A DNA stretch of 64,000 nt from Candidatus Omnitrophota bacterium (GTDB taxonomy: Bacteria > Omnitrophota > Gorgyraeia > Duberdicusellales > Duberdicusellaceae), in assembly GCA_016932855.1 (NCBI GenBank), contig JAFGCB010000024.1, positions 2,813 through 66,812 of the forward strand. The letters are read 5' to 3'. Positions 30,079 to 38,243 of this stretch are shown piece after piece (positions within the stretch are counted from its first letter, which is position 1; every line of letters begins with the position of its first letter). The position numbers and the translations under genes were made by a program. Below the pieces are notes generated by a model, which saw nothing but the letters and a program-made list of their open reading frames with translations, was not told the DNA's origin and ran no database searches.

Positions 30079-30548
30079 TATACGCCCCTTTTGTTATTTT
30101 CTTTTAATTTGACTCCGAAAAAAATACGCGCTCGCGCCACTACTTCGTTTTCGACTAAGGCACGGGCTTCGACCATCCCGCTATTATTAAGGATTTTTGC
30201 GGCATTGACTTCTAGAGTCAGCTGGCTACCTGCGGATACAGGCTTAAGGAAATGCGCGTCGACTTTTCCAAGATAATACGACGGTTTTTTATTGGCAATA
30301 TCAGGTTTAAGGACGGAATAAAGGATAATGCTTGCTTGGGCCAGAGCTTCGATGATTATGGCGCCGGGAACAACGGGGTTTTTCGGGAAATGCCCCTGAA
30401 AGAAATGTTCGTTGTAGGAAAAATTTTTCAGGCACTTTATTTTTTTATCCTTTTCGTTAATTTCGGTCACTCTATCGATAAATAAAAACGGATAGTCTTG
30501 GGGAAGAATTGCTTTGATTTGTTCGATATCCCAAATCGCACTCATCAT
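30078..30548 (-). CDS. 3-hydroxyacyl-ACP dehydratase, FabZ/FabA hot-dog family
   Basis: HFFQGHFPKNPVVPGAIIIEALAQ catalytic His motif. Confidence 0.8.
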   Translation of the reverse strand: MMSAIWDIEQIKAILPQDYPFLFIDRVTEINEKDKKIKCLKNFSYNEHFFQGHFPKNPVVPGAIIIEALAQASIILYSVLKPDIANKKPSYYLGKVDAHFLKPVSAGSQLTLEVNAAKILNNSGMVEARALVENEVVARARIFFGVKLKENNKRGV

Positions 30549-30797
30549 TCATTTGTTTAGTGACTTTAAGACAACTTCATATACATTCTCTAGAGACCGT
30601 ATATTCGGTATTTCTTCTTCAGGTATGGTTACTTTATATTTCTTTTCAATGCTGGCTACAATTTCTAATGCCATCATGCTGTCTACGCCCAGCTCGTCGG
30701 CAAAGCTGGCATCATCACGAAGCTCACTTTCGGGCATTTCCACGATCTCCGAGACAGCCTTTTTTATTTCTTTTTTGATTTGTTCAGGCTTGGCCAT
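30549..30797 (-). CDS. acyl carrier protein
   Basis: 82 aa; phosphopantetheine attachment site DLGVDSMMALE. Confidence 0.85.
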   Translation of the reverse strand: MAKPEQIKKEIKKAVSEIVEMPESELRDDASFADELGVDSMMALEIVASIEKKYKVTIPEEEIPNIRSLENVYEVVLKSLNK

Positions 30798-30815
30798 AGG
30801 CCTCCTTTCTTTAAA

Positions 30816-31565
30816 TTAAATTGCCAATCCTCCGTCGATCTTTATAACTTCACCTGTTATGTATTCAGATTCACCGGAAGCAAGAAACGCGCAGAGGTTT
30901 GCAACTTCGTTTGCGGTCCCCATCCTTTTTACTGGTATATTTTCGATTATCTTTTTTTTGACATCATCGCGTAAAGCGGTGACCATCTCCGTGGCGATAT
31001 ATCCGGGGCATATGGTATTGACTCGGATATTGTATGACGCAATTTCTTTTGCCAGGGCTTTCGAAAAGCCGATTATGCCGGCCTTTGAAGCGCAGTAATT
31101 AGTTTGCCTTGGCGTTCCTGTTAAACCGCTAACAGAGCTGATATTTAGGATACATCCGCTTTTTTGTTTAAGTAGAGTAGTAATGCAGGCTCTTGTCATA
31201 TTGAATGTGCCGTTTAGGTTTGTATCAATGACGTCTTTCCAGTCTTCCAGGGTCATCATCATTAAGGCTTTATCTTTTATTATGCCGGCATTATTTATTA
31301 AAATATCGATTTTCCTGAAATTATCAAGGGTTTTAGTGACTATTTCCCGGCATTGACCATAGTCGCGTACATCTGCCTGTAAGCTTAAATGCTTACATTG
31401 GCAAGTTTTTAGTTTTTTGGCTAATTCTTGGGCTTCGTCTTTACTTTTAGCGTAGGTAAAGACTACATTTGCACCTAGCTGTGCAAAGAGTTCGCAACAG
31501 GCCCGGCCTATTCCGCGAGAGCCACCGGTAATTATAGCAGTCTGATTTTTAAGCGTTTTTTCCAT
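30816..31565 (-). CDS. fabG: 3-oxoacyl-ACP reductase (SDR)
   Basis: TGGSRGIGRA cofactor motif; NAG, S..YxxxK catalytic residues. Confidence 0.85.
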   Translation of the reverse strand: MEKTLKNQTAIITGGSRGIGRACCELFAQLGANVVFTYAKSKDEAQELAKKLKTCQCKHLSLQADVRDYGQCREIVTKTLDNFRKIDILINNAGIIKDKALMMMTLEDWKDVIDTNLNGTFNMTRACITTLLKQKSGCILNISSVSGLTGTPRQTNYCASKAGIIGFSKALAKEIASYNIRVNTICPGYIATEMVTALRDDVKKKIIENIPVKRMGTANEVANLCAFLASGESEYITGEVIKIDGGLAI

Positions 31566-31664
31566 AAATTTCTTTAGGTCTTAATTATCTCACTGCAAAA
31601 AAGATATGTAAAGCTTATATTTTCATAGCGTTACGCAAAAAAATGTCTATTCGAATACCGCGTT

Positions 31665-33017
31665 TTATTCCTTCGTCACAATAAAAAAATAAATGTAGCC
31701 GAAGTTGTCAGATTCCAGTATAAGTGCTGAATTTGGAATTCCTGAATCAAGAAATAACTTTCTTACGTCATCCTTTGTTCGGGAGACAAATTTCCAGTCG
31801 CAAAACCAATCCGGGCAAATAGGCGGAATGGTCTTTTCACGATTTTTATGAGTCATTATTATTTTACCATTTTTTTCCAATACCTGAAACAAGGCAAAAA
31901 TGAGCTTTTTTAGGACTCTATCCGGCAAATAGTCAATGAGTCCTATGCTGTAGATTAAGTTTTGTTTTACGGGCAGGTGAGCGATCTGTTTATTTCTTTC
32001 AATATTAACCCCTTGTAGGTGCGAAAAGTGAAATTTAATATTCGGAAACTGCTGGTTAGCAAAAGCCTCGGCTGAGAATTTCAAGGCTTCGCCATCCCAA
32101 TCAAGGCATCTGAAAATCACTGTTTTTTCAGTTTTAAGGCTGAGTAAAAGTTCTCTTATTTCTCTGCAGCAGCTGCAGGCAATGCTTAGAATATGTACCG
32201 GTGAAGCTGGAGTTTCGTGAATAAACTCGGTAATAAGGTTTTTAAGGCGGTCTTTACGTGACCGGGCAGCTACCGCGTAAGGGCTTTTTAGAAAAATGTT
32301 ATCGAAATAAAGACCTATATTTTGGGAAACAGGTTTATTTGAATAAATAAATTCAAGAGCCCGGTGGTCTTCGGAATAGCCCCGGGGTTTGTCAAAGGCC
32401 TGTTTTACGATAATGCTTTTATATATCCAGGCGTCTACCAGGCGCCGGAAGTTGTCTTTAATCCGCTGGGTAGTCTTTTTATCGGCAAGAATAAGCTCCA
32501 GGCTGTAACCTTTTAAGAGGATTTTATTATTTAATTGTTCTATAATAGATTCTAATTCAGGTAGATAGGTTTTGTCGGTATAGGTGCCGGGAATAAGACG
32601 GGTTATTTCAGTTATATATTCAAACATATCTTTGGTAAAAAAATCCCGGACCAATAATCTAGCATCAGATTTCCTAATATCTCGAAGAAGTTGGCTTATT
32701 TGAGCTTTGATTAATTCCTTTCTTAAAGACGTTTTTTCATTTTCGTTAAGTCCGGTAAACTCGAGGCCATAGATGGTGTTGCCGTTATCGACAGTTTTTC
32801 GCCAGGCAAGTTTAGCGGTAGTTTTTATTTTAGAGGTTTTACCGGGGAAATTTATTTGTAAGGAGATTTCCGGACTCGATATCACTTGCGATGCGACAAA
32901 ACTTACCCCTCCTTCGCTTAGGTCAATCGAATCACCCGCGCTTTTAGGGGAAAATTTGAGTTTTAAGTTTGCCTTTATTCTGGGATAAGCCCGTTTTTCC
33001 TGGTAATTTTTATTCAT
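31665..33017 (-). CDS. PilZ domain - class I SAM-dependent methyltransferase-like fusion protein
   Basis: N-terminal RAYPR...DLSEGG PilZ motifs; C-terminal ILSIACSCCREI / LDWDGE / IYSIGLIDYL resemble MTase motifs I, post-I and II. Confidence 0.5.
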   Translation of the reverse strand: MNKNYQEKRAYPRIKANLKLKFSPKSAGDSIDLSEGGVSFVASQVISSPEISLQINFPGKTSKIKTTAKLAWRKTVDNGNTIYGLEFTGLNENEKTSLRKELIKAQISQLLRDIRKSDARLLVRDFFTKDMFEYITEITRLIPGTYTDKTYLPELESIIEQLNNKILLKGYSLELILADKKTTQRIKDNFRRLVDAWIYKSIIVKQAFDKPRGYSEDHRALEFIYSNKPVSQNIGLYFDNIFLKSPYAVAARSRKDRLKNLITEFIHETPASPVHILSIACSCCREIRELLLSLKTEKTVIFRCLDWDGEALKFSAEAFANQQFPNIKFHFSHLQGVNIERNKQIAHLPVKQNLIYSIGLIDYLPDRVLKKLIFALFQVLEKNGKIIMTHKNREKTIPPICPDWFCDWKFVSRTKDDVRKLFLDSGIPNSALILESDNFGYIYFFIVTKE

Positions 33018-33057
33018 ACGCTAATTTACGCTAATTATAAAGCTAATTTCCGCGAAT
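33018..33057. repeat. intergenic motif A copies (ACGCTAATTT, ACGCTAATTA, AAGCTAATTTCCGCGAAT) with ~10-bp phased GCGAAT/ACTAAT units
   Basis: Read directly; repeat-rich spacer 33018-33124 upstream of the PilZ-MTase gene. Confidence 0.6.
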
Positions 33058-33124
33058 CAAGATGCGAATTTAAAGCGAATTTACACTAATCTACGACGAA
33101 TTAAGACTAATAATACATATCACA

Positions 33125-33577
33125 TTAAACGCTTGAATAAGCATTTCGCGAAGAGGAGATAATTCTTTTTTTATCCAGAATTCTGCGCCTTATATCGATT
33201 TTTGTAGCGCCAAAGTTGATTATATATCCTAATTTATAATTCGTACCTTTTAAGTAATTGTATAGCTGAGTTTCATAGAATTTCGGCATAATTTCCACGG
33301 CTTTTATTTCTATGATAATTTTCTTATCAATAATGAAGTCCGGGGTATAATAACCCGCAGTTTTGTTTTTGTACTTTATCGGAATGCGCCTTTCTTCTTC
33401 GTGCGTAATATTTTTAAGCGCGAATTCGATTGTCAGCGCCTTACGGTAAACCGATTCCTTAAAGCCCGGTCCAAGTTCATTATAAACTTCAAAGAAACAG
33501 CCCACAATATCATAGGAAAGGTCCTTATATAATAGATTCTTGCAATTTTTACTCTTTATACGCATAGAATTTTTCAA
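33125..33577 (-). CDS. GxxExxY family protein (PD-(D/E)XK nuclease-like fold)
   Basis: IVGCFFEVYNELGPGFKESVYRKAL signature; 150 aa. Confidence 0.75.
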   Translation of the reverse strand: MKNSMRIKSKNCKNLLYKDLSYDIVGCFFEVYNELGPGFKESVYRKALTIEFALKNITHEEERRIPIKYKNKTAGYYTPDFIIDKKIIIEIKAVEIMPKFYETQLYNYLKGTNYKLGYIINFGATKIDIRRRILDKKRIISSSRNAYSSV

Positions 33578-33617
33578 TCCGCGAAAATTAGTTTAATCAA
33601 TTAGCGAGAATTAGCGT

Positions 33618-33998
33618 TTAAATAATAGTTTTTTTAATCGCCTCTAAAAGCACTGCGTTGTCAAAAGGTTTGTATAAATGCTCTGCTACTTTTAGTTTCA
33701 TCGCTTCCTGGTATTTCTCCATATCAGCATAACCTGTTATTAAAATCTCAGGGATTTGCTTCTTTTTTGCTTTATTTAAGTAGCTGCGGATTTGTTTAAT
33801 TATTTCAATGCCGTCCGCCTCGGGAATTCTGATATCGCAGATAATAAGATTAAAATCAGTTTCCTTTATTTTTTCTAAAGCTTCTTTCCCGCTTTGAGCA
33901 ATGCTTGTTTCATAGCCCGAGGTTTTTAAAAGCATGGATACGCTCTTTGTTACCAGCTCTTCGTCGTCAATCAATAGAATTCTTTTGCTCATAATCAA
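33618..33998 (-). CDS. single-domain response regulator (CheY-like receiver)
   Basis: 126 aa; clear paralog of the 29701 RR (ICDIRIPEADGIEIIKQIR...ILITGY). Confidence 0.8.
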   Translation of the reverse strand: MIMSKRILLIDDEELVTKSVSMLLKTSGYETSIAQSGKEALEKIKETDFNLIICDIRIPEADGIEIIKQIRSYLNKAKKKQIPEILITGYADMEKYQEAMKLKVAEHLYKPFDNAVLLEAIKKTII

Positions 33999-34076
33999 GC
34001 TCCTTTATAAGGGATTCCAGAGATTATTAAAATAGATTACAGAGATTAAATAAATATTACGTTGATTGCGCATTGA

Positions 34077-34487
34077 TTACGGTGATTTTAAATTCAGCCT
34101 TCGTATTTTGCAGCTTTTATTGCCAAAGTTTATCAATAAACCTACATTATAACCTGAGACTTTCATGTAAGACAAAAGCTGCGCTTCGAATAGCCTAGGC
34201 ATGATTCCGGTTACAGCCTTAACTTCGACTATTACCGAATTTTCAATAATTAGATCTATACGAAGAGTTCCGACTTTACGGCTGCGATAATCTACTTTAT
34301 ATTCGCTTTTCGTTGAGTACTTTAGGCCCGCGTCATTTAATGCCAGGTTTAAAGAATTATGATATATTTTTTCATTAAACCCCGGACCTAATTCGCTGTG
34401 AACTTTATACGCACAAGCGATGATTTTTTCCGTAAGCGGATCTCTTTCTTTAATCTTTGAAATCGGTTTCTTAATCTCTGTAATTAT
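34077..34487 (-). CDS. GxxExxY family protein, second paralog; no canonical start codon in frame
   Basis: My own minus-strand translation gives ...EIKKPISKIKERDPLTEKIIACAYKVHSELGPGFNEKIYHNSL...NFGNKSCKIRRLNLKSP*. The frame has no ATG/GTG/TTG near the expected N-terminus (only ATA/ATT) and runs on into the 3' end of the HK gene in another frame. It is absent from the ATG-based ORF track. Confidence 0.5.
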   Translation of the reverse strand: MITEIKKPISKIKERDPLTEKIIACAYKVHSELGPGFNEKIYHNSLNLALNDAGLKYSTKSEYKVDYRSRKVGTLRIDLIIENSVIVEVKAVTGIMPRLFEAQLLSYMKVSGYNVGLLINFGNKSCKIRRLNLKSP

Positions 34488-34501
34488 TGAAGAATATTTT
34501 G

Positions 34502-36697
34502 TTAACTTTTTACTTTGCTTTCTTCTTTCATTGCAGGGAGTTGCACGGTGAATACGGCGCCTTGGTTGGGTTCGGATTCTACTGAAATCGTGCCTTTATG
34601 CTTTGCGATAATTGAATGGCAGATAGAAAGCCCTAGACCAAGTCCTTTGCCTACGTCTTTCGTAGTAAAAAACGGGTCGAATATTTTGGAAAGAATACCT
34701 TGTGGTATGCCCGGACCTTCATCTTGGACTTCAATCATTATCGTTTCATCTTTTTTTGAGATAGCTACATGTATTATACCACTTTTCTTTAAGCGTTTAA
34801 TCGCGTCTTTTGCGTTGAGGATTAGATTGGTTACGACTTGTTCAAGCTCATTGTGATTACCGGAAACAAAATATCCGCCTTCGTCTATTTGAGTGTTTAT
34901 TTTGATATTTTCCTGCTCTAACTGGTAGCTGATAAAAGCAATGGTTATATCTAATACTTTTCTTAAATCGACTTTATCAAGTCGTGCGGATTCAAGAGGC
35001 TTCTTGGCGTAAGTCATAAGTTTCTGGACAATTGTCCGGCATCGTTTCGTCGCCTCCTCTATCAGTTCCAGTGATTCTCTGTCTAATTCCGAATCAATCG
35101 GTTTAGCGGCTAAAAGCATTTGAACATTAGTAAGGATTGCGGTTAAGGGGTTATTTATTTCATGGGCCACTCCTCCGGCCAGGGTGCCTACTGTTGCTAA
35201 CTTTTCTGCCTGAACGAGTTGGTTCTGGACTTCCATTAGTTCTTTGGTCCGCTGGCGCACCTGTTCTTCAATATTTTCATAGCGCAAGGCATTATCAATA
35301 GCCAAAGCAGCTTCGGTTACAAAAACAGAAAAGTTATGTAAATCTTCCGAGGTGTAAGGCCTTTTGGAGAGTTTGTCTCCCAAAATAAGGATGTTTAGCA
35401 ATTTTTCTTCCAGGAAACTAGCCACGACTACCTTGGCGTTTAAAAGGGCCATTTCGCTTTCTAGCTGCGTAAAGACAGAGTCAGGATTGTCTTCGGATTT
35501 TCGTTTTACTTCTTCGTATACAAGGGGTTCGTTTTGCTTTTCAAGGTAGTGAATTAAAGGATTTTTTTTGTCGATGGAAATCGGCTGTTTTTCGTTTAGA
35601 TTGCGGCCGGCTTTAAGGATAAATTGGTTAAATTCCGGATCAAAAAGATAAATTGCGGAATGAGAAATACGGACGGTCTTAGTAATCGTATAAGCAATAA
35701 AATCCAGAAGCTTCTTTGAATTACGGATACGGGCTATTCCGATTGCGGCCTGCTTTAGCGTTTCCTGATAGCTGCGCTGTTCCCGCAAAAGTATTGCTTC
35801 AGCGTTTCGCAGTAAATATATATACGCAAAAGGGCCAGTGGTTGCCAAGATTGCCATAAGAATGAGAGGTCCCAGCCACCAGTTTGTCCCCAAAAAAATA
35901 ATTAACCAATCTTTGCCAGCATTGATTAAAAGAAAAGGCAAGCCAAGTACGATAGTGTAAACTGCAACGAATATAGCAGTGCGAGTTACGACTACGCGGA
36001 TATCCATTAGGCGGTATTTGACGATAGCGTAAGCCATCAGGAGTAAATAAATTATAGTCAAAACATCATGCGGAAAAGAAATCTTGATCCCGAAGACTGA
36101 GAGAAAATAAATAGCTGAACCTAGAAAGCCGATAAATGTAGCTAATAGAAAATATTTAAGTTGATCATTCTTATGGGCTATTGATTTTTTATAAAAGGAA
36201 TATGCTTTACAGAAACCGTATGTCGCATATGAGTACCAATAAAAAAGAAAAAAGTAATAACTCACCCCTGGAACGAGATGCGTTTTAATAAAAGGCAAGT
36301 TGCTAGGAGTAATTTCTCTAAAGAAAAAAGGACTAAGCGTTAATAGAAAGCATAATGGAGAAAGAATGAACGAAGACCGGGCCAGATAAAGACCGATTCG
36401 ATCATTTTCTATCTTTTTGCCAGCTATATTATATACAACTAATAGCCAAAACGCAGGCATAAAGGAAACCGGTGCAAAAAAAAGTTTCTCGTAGAATATT
36501 GATGTCGCTACATTTTGTTTCGTCATTGTTATAAAGTGACTAAAACACCAGCTGCTAATGCAAAGACTAAAAACAAAAAAAACAAAGTTTAGGCTGTTTT
36601 TAATGTTTTTGAGTAATACAAAAACACCAATCCCGAAACTAATTAATACAGCGCTTAGGGTAACGGCCTGGTATACGTTCATACTTATATCCGGCAT
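34502..36697 (-). CDS. sensor histidine kinase, HisKA_7TM-like membrane domain + GAF-like + HisKA + HATPase_c
   Basis: 731 aa; third paralog; H-box GVAHEINNPLTAI; KYRLMDIRVV motif in the membrane domain. Confidence 0.8.
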   Translation of the reverse strand: MPDISMNVYQAVTLSAVLISFGIGVFVLLKNIKNSLNFVFFVFSLCISSWCFSHFITMTKQNVATSIFYEKLFFAPVSFMPAFWLLVVYNIAGKKIENDRIGLYLARSSFILSPLCFLLTLSPFFFREITPSNLPFIKTHLVPGVSYYFFLFYWYSYATYGFCKAYSFYKKSIAHKNDQLKYFLLATFIGFLGSAIYFLSVFGIKISFPHDVLTIIYLLLMAYAIVKYRLMDIRVVVTRTAIFVAVYTIVLGLPFLLINAGKDWLIIFLGTNWWLGPLILMAILATTGPFAYIYLLRNAEAILLREQRSYQETLKQAAIGIARIRNSKKLLDFIAYTITKTVRISHSAIYLFDPEFNQFILKAGRNLNEKQPISIDKKNPLIHYLEKQNEPLVYEEVKRKSEDNPDSVFTQLESEMALLNAKVVVASFLEEKLLNILILGDKLSKRPYTSEDLHNFSVFVTEAALAIDNALRYENIEEQVRQRTKELMEVQNQLVQAEKLATVGTLAGGVAHEINNPLTAILTNVQMLLAAKPIDSELDRESLELIEEATKRCRTIVQKLMTYAKKPLESARLDKVDLRKVLDITIAFISYQLEQENIKINTQIDEGGYFVSGNHNELEQVVTNLILNAKDAIKRLKKSGIIHVAISKKDETIMIEVQDEGPGIPQGILSKIFDPFFTTKDVGKGLGLGLSICHSIIAKHKGTISVESEPNQGAVFTVQLPAMKEESKVKS

Positions 36698-36709
36698 AAT
36701 TAGTTTAGG

Positions 36710-38179
36710 TTATTGTTTTCCATTCTTGAATTTATAGGCAAAATCATGCAAATTTAGCCCAAATAGGACAGCCACCAAAGATGCATTTCTTATTTTCCAT
36801 AAGCTTCGGATTACAAAATTAAATCGTTGTTTGTCGAACGAAAGAAAAGCTTTTAACGTAAGCATTAATCTTGTTCGTGAAAATAGAGCGGAAATACTAT
36901 AATTACGTTTTATTAAAACACCGCTTTTCCAGAGATTGACTAGGCGACTATACAGTTGCGGGTAGGAGTATATTTCTTTTAGAACTCGAATGTAGCCTTC
37001 TTCCAGTATTTTTTCGGACATAAATTTTGGTCTAAAACAAACATTGCTAAAAGTATATTTTTCCCAGCTTTCATGCAATAATCTTTGGTCTTTTTTTAAT
37101 CTTTTGTATAAACTTGTACCTACTAAAGGCGTCAGAATAGAAATTTGAGGAAACGCTATGTTAGATTCTTGCACAAAATTGATAATTTCATCAAATGTTT
37201 TTTCATCATCATAATCTTCGCCCAAAACAAAAGCACCCACTATCGAAATTCCAGAATGATGAATCCTATTAATTAATTCAATATATTCATGTCGTTTATT
37301 GACAGTGTTTTTTTTAATTAAATCCAAATTTTCTTGTCGCAAAGATTCGAAGCCGATCAATAATTGTCGACAACCACTCTTGTACATTAACTTCAATAAC
37401 TTATCATCTTTTGCAACATTCAATGAAACTTGTCCCCACCAATATTTAATTTTAAAAGGGGTAATAGCAGTAAAAAGTTCTTTGGCTCGTTCCGTATCAA
37501 AAACTATATTGTCATCGGCGAAAAAAATTCCTTTTCTTTTATCAATTCTTAATAAAGTTTCAATCTCGTGGATAACATTCTGGATTGGCTTTGGCCGGTA
37601 AGTATTACCTAAAAATGAAGTCACAGAACAAAATTCACATTTAAACGGGCACCCCCTAGCGGTTTGCATAATGTGAATATTATAAAGCTTATTTTTTAGC
37701 AAATCCCATCGCGGTACAGGAGAATGTGCTAAATCCGGAAATTTAGGTGCGTAATATATACTTTTAAGCTTTCTCTGACGAAAATCCTTTATTATGTCGG
37801 ACCATATCAGTTCTGCTTCTCCGACAACTACAGAATTTGCAAATTTAGAAGCTTCTTCAGGTAACATAGATGCATGAATTCCTCCTAGAATTACCGGTAT
37901 ATTTCGTTTTCGAAAATTATTTGCTATTTCATAGGCGCGCGGAGCTAGCGACGTATTAAACGTAATTCCTATTAAATCAACATCCTGTTGATAATTAATT
38001 GATTCGATGTTTTCGTCGATAAGTGTTATTTTGACATCTTTTGGAGTCAAGGCGGCTATGGTTGGTAATGCTAAAGGGGCACCCCCGCCGTATTTTCTAC
38101 CCAAAAGCTGAGCGGCAAATTTAAAATCCCAAAAATCGTAATCATCTTTTCTTGCAGGAGATATTAAAGCAAGTTTCAT
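36710..38179 (-). CDS. B12-binding domain radical SAM protein
   Basis: N-terminal cobalamin-binding-like Rossmann region; CPFKCEFCSV CxxxCxxC radical SAM cluster motif; 489 aa. Confidence 0.8.
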   Translation of the reverse strand: MKLALISPARKDDYDFWDFKFAAQLLGRKYGGGAPLALPTIAALTPKDVKITLIDENIESINYQQDVDLIGITFNTSLAPRAYEIANNFRKRNIPVILGGIHASMLPEEASKFANSVVVGEAELIWSDIIKDFRQRKLKSIYYAPKFPDLAHSPVPRWDLLKNKLYNIHIMQTARGCPFKCEFCSVTSFLGNTYRPKPIQNVIHEIETLLRIDKRKGIFFADDNIVFDTERAKELFTAITPFKIKYWWGQVSLNVAKDDKLLKLMYKSGCRQLLIGFESLRQENLDLIKKNTVNKRHEYIELINRIHHSGISIVGAFVLGEDYDDEKTFDEIINFVQESNIAFPQISILTPLVGTSLYKRLKKDQRLLHESWEKYTFSNVCFRPKFMSEKILEEGYIRVLKEIYSYPQLYSRLVNLWKSGVLIKRNYSISALFSRTRLMLTLKAFLSFDKQRFNFVIRSLWKIRNASLVAVLFGLNLHDFAYKFKNGKQ

Positions 38180-38243
38180 TGTGCAAATATGTTTAATCTA
38201 GTATTTATGATTTTTAGCAAATAGATAGCAAATAAAAAGCTCA

